Shown piece by piece: positions 16,954 to 25,776 of a stretch of 32,000 nucleotides of DNA. Each line of letters starts with the position of its first letter. Position 1 is the first letter of the stretch. The notes below the pieces were generated by a model that saw nothing but the letters and a program-made list of their open reading frames with translations, was not told where the DNA came from and made no database searches. Made by a program: the position numbers and the translations under genes. Source of the DNA: Tannockella kyphosi (GTDB taxonomy: Bacteria; Bacillota_I; Bacilli_A; Erysipelotrichales; Coprobacillaceae); contig NZ_CP088239.1 in NCBI RefSeq assembly GCF_021054785.1, positions 1,260,001 through 1,292,000 on the forward strand, read 5' to 3'.

Positions 16954-17667
16954 GAATTCTTGTGTTAATTGTTTTTGTGGGGCACTAAATATTTGTTTAG
17001 GATCTCCCTCTTCACAAATAACTCCATTTGCCATAAAAACAACATGATTAGAAACATCTCTAGCAAAAGCCATTTCATGAGTAACAACAATCATTGTCAT
17101 TCCTTCATCTGCTAAAGAACGCATAACTGATAAAACTTCTCCTACCATTTCTGGATCTAATGCTGATGTCGGTTCATCAAACAATAACACTTCTGGTTCC
17201 ATTGCAAGTGCTCTTGCAATTGCAACCCTTTGTTTTTGGCCACCAGATAATTGTCTTGGAAGAGCATTAATATAAGGAGACATACCTACTTTTTCTAAAT
17301 AGGTTAAAGCTAGTTTTGTAGCTTCTTTTTTGTCTTTTTTTAATACAGTTGTTTGTCCTACAATACAGTTATCTAATACTGATAAATTATTAAATAAATT
17401 AAAGCTTTGGAAAACCATTCCTACTTTCGTACGATAACTAGATACATTGTTACCTGCCATCTCTATATTTTTTCCATGAAAGAATATTTCTCCACTAGTA
17501 GGAGTTTCTAATAAATTAATACAACGTAACAAAGTACTCTTTCCACTACCAGAAGCACCAATAATACTAGTTACATCCCCTTTTTTTACCGTAAAATCAA
17601 TATCTCTTAGTACAACATTTGTACCAAATGTTTTACTTAAATGATTTATTTGTAATACTTCACTCAT
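16930..17667 (-). CDS. polar amino acid ABC transporter, ATP-binding protein
   Basis: 245 aa with Walker [10 protein letters not shown], the signature [15 protein letters not shown], and Walker [12 protein letters not shown]. It is GlnQ/ArtP-like. Confidence 0.95.
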   Translation of the reverse strand: MSEVLQINHLSKTFGTNVVLRDIDFTVKKGDVTSIIGASGSGKSTLLRCINLLETPTSGEIFFHGKNIEMAGNNVSSYRTKVGMVFQSFNLFNNLSVLDNCIVGQTTVLKKDKKEATKLALTYLEKVGMSPYINALPRQLSGGQKQRVAIARALAMEPEVLLFDEPTSALDPEMVGEVLSVMRSLADEGMTMIVVTHEMAFARDVSNHVVFMANGVICEEGDPKQIFSAPQKQLTQEFLARFMER

Positions 17668-18456
17668 TTATTTTTCCTCCTTTTTATCATCATTAGGAAA
17701 AGTCATCATTCCACTAGTAAAAGCTAATGTATCTGTAGTAGATAAATCATAGCTATCATTTCCATCTAATTTCTTTTCCCATAATCTAAGTAATCTAGAG
17801 GCAGTTAATGTCATTGTTAAATAAATAATCATTACAATAGTAGCAGATTCAAAATAAGTATATTGTGCTCCTACTACACTCTTATGAACAAAGAATAAAT
17901 CAGTAATACTAATAACAGATAATACAGAAGTATCTTTAATATTAATAATAAAATTATTTCCTATTTGAGGAATAATATTACGTAATGTTTGTGGAAATAT
18001 TACTTTCATCATTGTTTGAAAATGATTCATACCAATTGCTTTAGCACCTTCAAACTGTCCTGGATCAATAGAAATAATCCCTCCACGCACTGTTTCTGCC
18101 ATATAAGCACCAGTATTAATAGAAACAACAAAGAACCCTGCAGTCCACATACTCATACTAATACCCAAAACACTTAAACCACCATAATAAATAAATACTG
18201 CTTGTACAATCATTGGAGTACCACGAAATAACTCCACATAACATTTTAAAATAATATTTACTACTTTTAAAAACACTTTTTTATAAAGTGAATCATGTTT
18301 TTCTACCGGTATTGTTTGTATAACACCTACCCCAAAACCAATCAGACATCCTATAAAAGTAGAAACAAGAGCAATAATAAGAGTTGTTCCAGCACCTGAT
18401 AAATAAGACATACCATATTTATCTAATAATTTAATCATCGTTTGTATAAAATCCAT
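17668..18456 (-). CDS. amino acid ABC transporter permease
   Basis: 262 aa with an EAA-like loop (GQFEGAKAIGMNHFQTMMKVIFPQ) typical of His/Glu/Gln/Arg-type permeases. Confidence 0.9.
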   Translation of the reverse strand: MDFIQTMIKLLDKYGMSYLSGAGTTLIIALVSTFIGCLIGFGVGVIQTIPVEKHDSLYKKVFLKVVNIILKCYVELFRGTPMIVQAVFIYYGGLSVLGISMSMWTAGFFVVSINTGAYMAETVRGGIISIDPGQFEGAKAIGMNHFQTMMKVIFPQTLRNIIPQIGNNFIINIKDTSVLSVISITDLFFVHKSVVGAQYTYFESATIVMIIYLTMTLTASRLLRLWEKKLDGNDSYDLSTTDTLAFTSGMMTFPNDDKKEEK

Positions 18457-18527
18457 ATATCCTCCCGCCCTACCTAGGGTCTTTTTTACATATAGAAAGA
18501 TAGAAGTCTCCTTCTATCTTTTATTTA

Positions 18528-19364
18528 TTAATCTTCTGATAATGGTTGAATAGCAATCGCTTCATCCATCATTTCAGCAAAATCTTCTGCTGTTTGACCT
18601 TCTAAAATAGCATTACATGCATCTAAAATCTCATCATTCCCTTTTTGTACTGAAATACCAATATTAATTTCTTCATCAGAAACCACAAAATCATCACCAC
18701 TATCAGCAAAATCCAATAATACCATATCATCATAAGCTTGAATTGCAGCCATACCTGTAGGCATATCAGTAACTACTAAATCAACAGCTCCAGCATCTAA
18801 AGCAACAAGCATTGCTGGTGCACTTTCTTGTGCTGCTAAAATATCACCATCTTCAATTTGTGGTAAACAAGTATCATACCAAATAGTACCTAATTGAGAA
18901 GTAGCAGTAGCTCCAGCTAAATCAGCTACACCTGTAGCACTAGCATACTCACTATCAGCCATTACCAAAGTAATAATAGATGCATAATAATATGGATCAG
19001 AAAAATCTACTTGTTCTAAACGATCAGAAGTAATCGATTGTCCTGCAATAACACAATCAACATCTCCACTCATTACTGCTGGTACCAAAGAATCCCAATC
19101 TAACTTAACAATTTCTAACTCCATATCTAAATATTCAGCCAAAGCTTTCGCCCACATAACATCATATCCATTAGCATAATCAGTGCTTCCTGAAATCTGT
19201 ACTGCTCCATTTGAATCATCTGGTTGTGTCCAATTATATGGTGCATAAGCACACTCCATTGCTACACGTAAAACATTACTCTCTTCTTCATCACTAGATC
19301 CACATCCTGTAAGACCTAAACATAATGTCATTACCAATAACATTAATCCTAACTTTTTCATCAT
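18528..19364 (-). CDS. amino acid ABC transporter substrate-binding lipoprotein
   Basis: 278 aa with a signal peptide and lipobox LGLTGC. It has a family-3 solute-binding protein pattern (DCVIAGQSITSDRLEQVDFSDPYY). Confidence 0.88.
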   Translation of the reverse strand: MMKKLGLMLLVMTLCLGLTGCGSSDEEESNVLRVAMECAYAPYNWTQPDDSNGAVQISGSTDYANGYDVMWAKALAEYLDMELEIVKLDWDSLVPAVMSGDVDCVIAGQSITSDRLEQVDFSDPYYYASIITLVMADSEYASATGVADLAGATATSQLGTIWYDTCLPQIEDGDILAAQESAPAMLVALDAGAVDLVVTDMPTGMAAIQAYDDMVLLDFADSGDDFVVSDEEINIGISVQKGNDEILDACNAILEGQTAEDFAEMMDEAIAIQPLSED

Positions 19365-19387
19365 TCTTTCCCCTTATCTCTCTCCAT

Positions 19388-19607
19388 AAAATAAAAACCG
19401 TAAGTACGCATTACGTATCACGGTCTATATGAAAAGAATTCATAACCATGATAGCGCTCCACCTACGTGACAGTATATTGCATATTATCCAATATACCAG
19501 TAATTAAGAAAAGGTAATTTCTTATTCACTTCGGCAAAAAGCCCTTTCTTTCATAACTGTTTACCTACATTGTTATGAAATACTCTTTCTTTTTGCTCCT
19601 CTATCTA
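19388..19607 (-). promoter_or_regulatory. lysine riboswitch (L-box) with a terminator/antiterminator expression platform
   Basis: Minus-strand reading shows GATAGAGGAGC...GAGTA...GCCGAAG...CTGTCA...GGTGGAGCGCTATC. The P1 helix is GATAG/CUAUC, and there are recognisable P2 (GCAAAAAG/CTTTTTGC), P3, P4 (GTATATTG/CAATATAC) and P5 helices. A terminator ACCGTGATACG...CGTACTTACGGT plus a T-run follows. The 3' strand of P1 is complementary to the 5' half of the terminator. Confidence 0.8.
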
Positions 19608-19634
19608 GCTTTTATTTAAGCAATTTATAAAACT

Positions 19635-19662
19635 ATTGTAGACTATTTTCACTTTTTGTCAA
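19635..19662 (-). promoter_or_regulatory. sigma-A promoter, TTGACA-16-TACAAT, driving the L-box/ABC operon
   Basis: The hexamers are read on the minus strand at 19657..19662 and 19635..19640. Confidence 0.6.
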
Positions 19663-19710
19663 CACATTTTATCAAAATGATACTTTTTTATCACACAACA
19701 CACACATAAA

Positions 19711-19736
19711 GGAAGGGAATTTTACAATTCCCTTCC
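19711..19736 (-). terminator. hairpin downstream of surface-protein paralog 1
   Basis: GGAAGGGAATT-loop-AATTCCCTTCC, followed by TTTAT on the minus strand. Confidence 0.55.
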
Positions 19737-19743
19737 TCCATTA

Positions 19744-21930
19744 TTAAGCTCTACTTCTTTTTTTCATATCTATTAAAATTAATGCAAGAGCACCAATACT
19801 TAATGTTGTATATCCTAGTATATTATTACTATCTCCAGTATCTACTACATCTTCTACTTCTGTATCAGTATCTACTTCTGTATCAGTATCTGCATCTGAA
19901 TTTGTACCTCCATCAGTTTCATCTTCTATTTCTGTAAAGATTACTTCTAGAGTATGTATTTCACTTACTTCTTCAAATGTATAGCTAGTAACAACTCCTA
20001 CACTTTCACCATCCACTAATACATCACTAATTTCATAACCTTCTTCAGGAGTAAATGTAAATTCTTGGTCTTTATCTTCCATTACAGATACCGTTCCTTC
20101 TTCAGGAGAAATTGTTCCTTGTCCTGTTGTAGTAATAGTTATGTCATAGAAAGGCTTAGCACCTATATAAATATACCTTGCTATATTTGACATATCCTCC
20201 CAAACAATTCCATTACCATCAGTAGTTACAGTTCCGAAATAATATGGCACATCATTATCTTGCTCACCAATTTCTATTGTTTCTGTTTCAAAATAACCAT
20301 CAGATAATAGTTTTACTTCATCTCCTAATACTAATAATTCTTCTTCATCTAGCCTTTCAATATATAAACCACCTTCTTCAGCATCAGTCGCATCTATTAG
20401 AACTGTCGCTCCATTGTTTACAGTGAAACCTAGTGTATATACCATTTTTGAAATCAAATTACCATTAATGACAATCGATGGTCCAGCAAGAGAAGTAGCA
20501 TCTAAAGTTATTCCTTCTCCAACGACAATCGAAGACATGGAAGCAAATTCATCAGTAATCAACTTACCATCACCAGATATTTCTAGAGTTGGTTCAGAGT
20601 CTGCATCGCCAACATATATTCCATCAATTACAACGGTTTCGTCATCTTCCAATAAAATTATTGCAGTATCTACAACCGATATATAAATAGTACCTGCAAT
20701 TTTATTTGTAGAGAACTTTAATGTATAAACACCTTCACTAGTTTTAGTCCATGAATACAATTCATTATCAGTAACTTCAGTAGCCGTTAATATGATATCA
20801 CCATATATAGCTTCATTTCCATTGTTATCATAGTAACTTGCTTCACCATCAGGAGTATCAGGCAATACTACAACTAATCCTGTTCCTTCAAATGCAATAT
20901 CGTTAATATCTGTATCAGAAGGTAAAAATAATGTTCCATTATTTACAATATTAGCATTCATGAAATCTATATCATAATCTGATAAATCTACATCCATATC
21001 AGAAGGGATTGTAAGAGTTGATCCTTCAGCAAAAGATAAAGTACCTGTAGAAATAGAAGAAGAATAAGTATAATAGTAGTTGTCACCCACGCAAATATAC
21101 GTATCGCTTGTAAAAACAACATCTCCATAAATTGTTTCTTCAAATTCGTAATAATATGATGTGTAACCACTATCGTATGCTTCGTAATAATCAGTTAACA
21201 CAGACACTAATGAGTTCACTTTTAACGACTCGTTAATTGTTAATTCACCCATGGACATTATATAGCCATTTGTAGTAATTGTTCCACTTCCAGATAAAGA
21301 GATATCTCCATAAGCATAAATAGGAAACCCGGATTCGTCAGTAAATGTAGCAGCTCCATCCACTTCCATTGAAATATATCCACCAACATATACACCTCCA
21401 TAATTTGAATTGATTTCTAAATCGCCTGTCACACTAATTTCTATATTAGTTTCGTTGCCATCGTAAATTCCATATGGTGCATCAATTGTAAGACTCCCAT
21501 CAATATCAATGACAAGATTTTCAGAATATCCATCTACATCAATTCCATCTTCAGTTGAACTTAAATAAACATCTCCTGTACCTTTTATACTAAAAACACC
21601 CTCACAGGCAATAGCAACAGGCCACCCACTACCTACATCATCCGGATCACAGGTAGTGGTTACACTTAAATTATAACCATTTAATTTAATTATCGCTCCA
21701 TCTGGCAGTATAAGAGCATACTGATCAGCTGTCTCTATAGTTAAATCCTCCAAGAGCGTTAACGTAGTTTGGTCCCAAGTATAACCTAATCCATCTGACT
21801 CAACAACATCACTAGTATTCGATAAATCTAGCCCGTCACTGAGTGTTGCAGCAGCCACATCAAACATACTCATGTTTGAAAGTGATAACATCATTGCTAA
21901 TGCAATAAACATTTTTATAAATCTTTTCAT
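19744..21930 (-). CDS. secreted cell-surface protein, paralog 1 (beta-helix-like repeats, divergent InlB-B-repeat-like domain, acidic linker, C-terminal sorting-signal-like anchor)
   Basis: 728 aa with a signal peptide (MKRFIKMFIALAMMLSLSNM...AAA). It has repetitive G/D/I/T-rich units and a GYEISDVLVDGESVGVVTSYTFEEVSEIHTLEVIF domain. The D/T-rich linker is followed by VVDTGDSNNILGYTTLSIGALALILIDMKKRSRA. Confidence 0.8.
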   Translation of the reverse strand: MKRFIKMFIALAMMLSLSNMSMFDVAAATLSDGLDLSNTSDVVESDGLGYTWDQTTLTLLEDLTIETADQYALILPDGAIIKLNGYNLSVTTTCDPDDVGSGWPVAIACEGVFSIKGTGDVYLSSTEDGIDVDGYSENLVIDIDGSLTIDAPYGIYDGNETNIEISVTGDLEINSNYGGVYVGGYISMEVDGAATFTDESGFPIYAYGDISLSGSGTITTNGYIMSMGELTINESLKVNSLVSVLTDYYEAYDSGYTSYYYEFEETIYGDVVFTSDTYICVGDNYYYTYSSSISTGTLSFAEGSTLTIPSDMDVDLSDYDIDFMNANIVNNGTLFLPSDTDINDIAFEGTGLVVVLPDTPDGEASYYDNNGNEAIYGDIILTATEVTDNELYSWTKTSEGVYTLKFSTNKIAGTIYISVVDTAIILLEDDETVVIDGIYVGDADSEPTLEISGDGKLITDEFASMSSIVVGEGITLDATSLAGPSIVINGNLISKMVYTLGFTVNNGATVLIDATDAEEGGLYIERLDEEELLVLGDEVKLLSDGYFETETIEIGEQDNDVPYYFGTVTTDGNGIVWEDMSNIARYIYIGAKPFYDITITTTGQGTISPEEGTVSVMEDKDQEFTFTPEEGYEISDVLVDGESVGVVTSYTFEEVSEIHTLEVIFTEIEDETDGGTNSDADTDTEVDTDTEVEDVVDTGDSNNILGYTTLSIGALALILIDMKKRSRA

Positions 21931-21967
21931 AATTTTTTTCCTCCTCTTTTCTTTTTTAATCTAATAA

Positions 21968-22048
21968 ATTATAACACTTAAAAATTCAACACGTAACTAG
22001 CCAGTTGACTAGTTTTTAATAAAAAAGGATGTTAAAATCAATATTTTT
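21968..22048 (-). promoter_or_regulatory. conserved promoter module, copy 1: extended -10 (TGTTATAAT), 20-bp imperfect palindrome AACTAGTCAACTGGCTAGTT, and a conserved upstream block
   Basis: The 60-bp block 21989..22048 differs from 29041..29100 at only 4 positions. The palindrome 21995..22014 ends exactly 21 nt upstream of the -10 hexamer (21968..21973), the same spacing as in copy 2. Confidence 0.6.
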
Positions 22049-22064
22049 AAACAAAATAATCTAA

Positions 22065-22096
22065 AAATATAGGGAATCATTAGATTCCCTATATTT
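22065..22096 (-). terminator. intrinsic terminator after the M20 peptidase gene
   Basis: The minus strand reads AAATATAGGGAATC TAAT GATTCCCTATATTT followed by TT. Confidence 0.7.
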
Positions 22097-22163
22097 AAAC
22101 TCTACTTATAATTAAGATTATGTTATATGTTTTCGTATTCAATTATTTATTAAAAGACTAATT

Positions 22164-23567
22164 TTACATACTATTTAAATAACAATAGAAGAACTCAATT
22201 GCTTTATTTAATTCACTTACACCAATATTCTCATTTATTCCATGCATTGCAGCTATTTGTTGACCACTAGCTCTAATAGGACTAAAACGTATAACGGCAT
22301 CACTAAATGCATCTAGGTGACAACAATCAGTAGCACCTATTGTTACATAAGGACATACAATGGTTCCAGGCATTGTTTGTTCTATTACTTTTTTTACTCT
22401 AGTTACTTCTGTATGATTTTTATCTGTCATAGAAGATGCTGGTTTTTCATATAATATAGAATATTCTAAATCATATTTCTTTGCTGTTTTGATAAGTTTA
22501 TTAATTACGAAACTCATATCTTCTGTTGGTAAGTTTCTTATGTTTGCAGTAACTTTTGCAGTTTCAGGAATAACATTATTTGCATCTGAGCCTTGGGCTC
22601 TAGTAAATACAATAGTTGTTTTCATCATTGCCCCTATAGAAGGACTAAAAGAAGGTAATACTTTCTTTACTAAAGGAGAAAATAACCACATGTTACCAAG
22701 TAACATACGTAAAGGAAACGTCATATAAGGAGATATCGTTGTAAACATTTGTTTCACTGTTTTCATAAATGATACCTTAAAATATCCTGGCTTTTCTACT
22801 TCTACCATAAATTTAGCTAACCTAGAAAAAGGATTATCAACTTGAGGAGAACCACTATGCCCTCCTTTACTCTTAGCACGAAACTCTATATCTAAATATC
22901 CTTTTTCACATAAACCAAGTAAAGCTATATCATTTTGAATACCTGGCATAACTTCTCCAGTAACAGCTCCTCCTTCATCAAAGATAACTTTAAATTGAAG
23001 CTTGTTTTCTTTCAAATACTCTGCTACATGTTTAACACCTAAACCTAATGATTCTTCATCATGACTTGCCATAAAATATAAGTCATTTTCAAATTCTTTT
23101 CCTTCTTTTAATAATTGTTCAATCGCTTTAAAGAAAGAATAACCCATACCCTTATTATCTATAGTACCTCTACCATAAATAATATGATCCACTAAAGTTG
23201 CATCCATAGCAGGATAATCCCATTCACCATTTTCTTCTACTACATCAACATGTGCCAATATTAATGATGGTAAATCATTATTCTTAGTTCCTTTTATACG
23301 AAATAGAAAAGCACTATTAATTTCTATCTTTTCTGCTTTTGAAAAATATATTGGAAACATAGTTTCTAATGTTTGTAAGTATTCATGAAAATGATTACTA
23401 CCACTAACAGTAGGTATTTGTAGTAATTCTTTTAATTCTAAATATAATTCTTGTTCTCTTTTTTCATCAATTACTTCATAATTATTCTGTATAGTTAACT
23501 TCTTTTTTATCATCACCGTACGACCAATTACTATTCCAATAATAATTAATACAATAATAAAGCCCAT
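22164..23567 (-). CDS. membrane-anchored M20/M25/M40-family metallopeptidase or amidohydrolase
   Basis: 467 aa with an N-terminal TM segment. LILAHVDVV and GRGTIDNKG are typical M20 metal-binding and catalytic motifs. Confidence 0.8.
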   Translation of the reverse strand: MGFIIVLIIIGIVIGRTVMIKKKLTIQNNYEVIDEKREQELYLELKELLQIPTVSGSNHFHEYLQTLETMFPIYFSKAEKIEINSAFLFRIKGTKNNDLPSLILAHVDVVEENGEWDYPAMDATLVDHIIYGRGTIDNKGMGYSFFKAIEQLLKEGKEFENDLYFMASHDEESLGLGVKHVAEYLKENKLQFKVIFDEGGAVTGEVMPGIQNDIALLGLCEKGYLDIEFRAKSKGGHSGSPQVDNPFSRLAKFMVEVEKPGYFKVSFMKTVKQMFTTISPYMTFPLRMLLGNMWLFSPLVKKVLPSFSPSIGAMMKTTIVFTRAQGSDANNVIPETAKVTANIRNLPTEDMSFVINKLIKTAKKYDLEYSILYEKPASSMTDKNHTEVTRVKKVIEQTMPGTIVCPYVTIGATDCCHLDAFSDAVIRFSPIRASGQQIAAMHGINENIGVSELNKAIEFFYCYLNSM

Positions 23568-24778
23568 TATTCTACTCCTTTATATGCTAGTAACTTCTTA
23601 CTAGCATATATACCTATTAATGCCATAATAAACATACAAATAAAGATAATAGAATACCCAGTATTACCTACTGTATCTAATAAAGTCCCAAAAACAGGAT
23701 CAACTACAAAATCAGGTAAATAAACGATTAATGATATTAATCCTATTGCAGTACCTAATACTTCTGGTTTTAAAGAAGATTCATTAATAATTGAAAAAGA
23801 TATTCCAAATGTAGCTCCAGATATAATCCCTGGTATTAAAGATGCAATAATTACTAGTCCACTAGGTAAGTTAAGAGAACTAAAAGATAATACTAAAAAG
23901 ATAACTGCTAATACAAAGAAAGCATAATGTAATAACTTAGTGGTAGATTTAAAACATCTAGCTGCTATAAAACCTGCTACTGGTGCAAGTAATGGAAAAA
24001 CATTGGATCTAAGTATTCCTAAGGTAGATACTAGACTTGAGTCCATATCATATACTTCTAATAAAAATGGATTAAAATAAGTATTCCCACTTACTCTTAT
24101 CGCATAAGTTGATAAGATAACAATAGCCATTAACCATATTACTTTATTCTTCAATAATGGTTTAATATAAGACATCTCAAACTTTTCTTTTTCTTCTACT
24201 TTTTCTATATCTTTATAAAAGATACTAATTAAAACAGCAGCTACTAATGCTATTATTGCACACAATAAGAAGATAATTCCCATTGCATTACTTGCTTCTT
24301 CCATTGAATAATATACTTTTAAAAATAAAAGATTCATACAAATTGTTACTACTGCTCCCATTAACCCATAGAATCCTGTAACAATCGCACTATTTTCTTT
24401 CGTTCCTAAAGATAATACTGCTTTTAGTAACCCTGACCAGAATGCAAATCCTGTAGTAATACCAAATAAAAACCAAACTACTAAAGCTACAATAAAACTA
24501 GTATTAAGATATAACAAGAAACATAAACATGCATGTCCTACTAAAGAAAATGATAATATTTTTCTTAGTGAACACTTATCAGCAATATATCCCCCTGGAA
24601 TATATAACAAAGTATTTAATACAGTATATATTGCCATTAAATATCCTACTTGTGCTTTAGAAATAGAAAATGCTTCTAATAATGGTTCATATAAAACATA
24701 CTTCATATATACTGGTGTAAATGCAGCACCATACCCTAACGCTAAAATACAAACTATAAAAAATCTTTTTTTATCCAT
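23567..24778 (-). CDS. MFS transporter
   Basis: 403 aa with about 12 TM segments in a 6+6 pattern around a central charged loop (KDIEKVEEKEKFE). Confidence 0.8.
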   Translation of the reverse strand: MDKKRFFIVCILALGYGAAFTPVYMKYVLYEPLLEAFSISKAQVGYLMAIYTVLNTLLYIPGGYIADKCSLRKILSFSLVGHACLCFLLYLNTSFIVALVVWFLFGITTGFAFWSGLLKAVLSLGTKENSAIVTGFYGLMGAVVTICMNLLFLKVYYSMEEASNAMGIIFLLCAIIALVAAVLISIFYKDIEKVEEKEKFEMSYIKPLLKNKVIWLMAIVILSTYAIRVSGNTYFNPFLLEVYDMDSSLVSTLGILRSNVFPLLAPVAGFIAARCFKSTTKLLHYAFFVLAVIFLVLSFSSLNLPSGLVIIASLIPGIISGATFGISFSIINESSLKPEVLGTAIGLISLIVYLPDFVVDPVFGTLLDTVGNTGYSIIFICMFIMALIGIYASKKLLAYKGVE

Positions 24779-24801
24779 TCTATTTTCCCCCTATATGTTT
24801 G

Positions 24802-25776
24802 TTAATTAGGTTTATAAACTATTCTTTTTATTTTATCAAATTCATTCTTTAAATAATGTATTGTATTATAAGCTGTGATTCTAGCACATTCTTCCATAGA
24901 CTCATCTGAATAAAAAGCAATATGTGGTGTAATCACCACATCTAACCTTTCTAAAAATGGTGACTTTGCTAGTACATCACTTTCTTCATTTTCAAAAACA
25001 TCTAACCCAGCTCCATAAATAATATTATTATCTAATGCTTCTATTAAAGCTATTTCATCTATTAATGATCCTCTCCCTACATTAATAATTACTGGTTTTT
25101 CTTTCATTAAAGAAAGTGATTCTTTATTAATCATATGATAAGTTTCTTCATTTAATAATGTATGTAAACTAATAATAGAACTAGTTTGATACAATTCTTC
25201 TAACTCTACTAAAGGAACATCTGCTTCTTTTAAATAAGGATCATAAGCTATTACTTTACAACCAAATGCTTTTGCTCTTTTGGCTACTGCTCTACCAATC
25301 TTTCCATAACCTATTATTCCCCAAACCTTTCCTTCTAAATGAAATAACCCTTGATGATTATTAAATAAATATACTTTATTTACTCGCATATCATTTTGAT
25401 AACAATTTATTTTACGTATCACACTTAAAGCTAACGTAAGTGTATGATCTGCTACTTCATTAGTACAATACTCTTCAATACATGTTAGACCTACACCATG
25501 CCTTTGAATAGCTTCTAAATCTACACTATTATAACCATTTGCTTCAATTGAAACCATTCTTAAATTAGGAGCATGTAATAATAGTTCTTCATCTACTTCT
25601 AGATAAGCAGTTATTAGTGCATCTACCTCTTTTATTTTATTAAATAATTGTTGTTTATCTCCATCATATAGATAACACTCTATCTCACTACCTGGTAATT
25701 CTTTTTTTATATGATTTATTTCTAGGTTTAAATCTCTATCCATTGGTTCTTTATAATCACAAATTAGTATTTTCAT
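24802..25776 (-). CDS. D-isomer-specific 2-hydroxyacid dehydrogenase family protein
   Basis: 324 aa with the NAD fold GIIGYGKIGRAVAKRAKAFGCKV and the later INVGRGSLIDE / PHIAF motifs of this family. Confidence 0.88.
   Translation of the reverse strand: MKILICDYKEPMDRDLNLEINHIKKELPGSEIECYLYDGDKQQLFNKIKEVDALITAYLEVDEELLLHAPNLRMVSIEANGYNSVDLEAIQRHGVGLTCIEEYCTNEVADHTLTLALSVIRKINCYQNDMRVNKVYLFNNHQGLFHLEGKVWGIIGYGKIGRAVAKRAKAFGCKVIAYDPYLKEADVPLVELEELYQTSSIISLHTLLNEETYHMINKESLSLMKEKPVIINVGRGSLIDEIALIEALDNNIIYGAGLDVFENEESDVLAKSPFLERLDVVITPHIAFYSDESMEECARITAYNTIHYLKNEFDKIKRIVYKPN

Noticed and set aside
19388-19607. First reading of the ABC-operon leader as a T-box riboswitch (stem with GAGTA/GAA, GGTGGA, terminator/antiterminator).
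   Set aside because: The canonical T-box word GGUGGUACCGCG is absent. The full set of L-box words (AGAGGNGC, GAGUA, GCCGAAG, CUGUCA, GGAGNGCUAUC) is present in the right order, so the lysine riboswitch reading is preferred.
21931-22163. Considered an invertible promoter (inverton) controlling the surface-protein genes.
   Set aside because: The only inverted repeats here are the 20-bp dyad and a terminator hairpin. No pair of separated inverted repeats flanks the promoter, and no recombinase is nearby.
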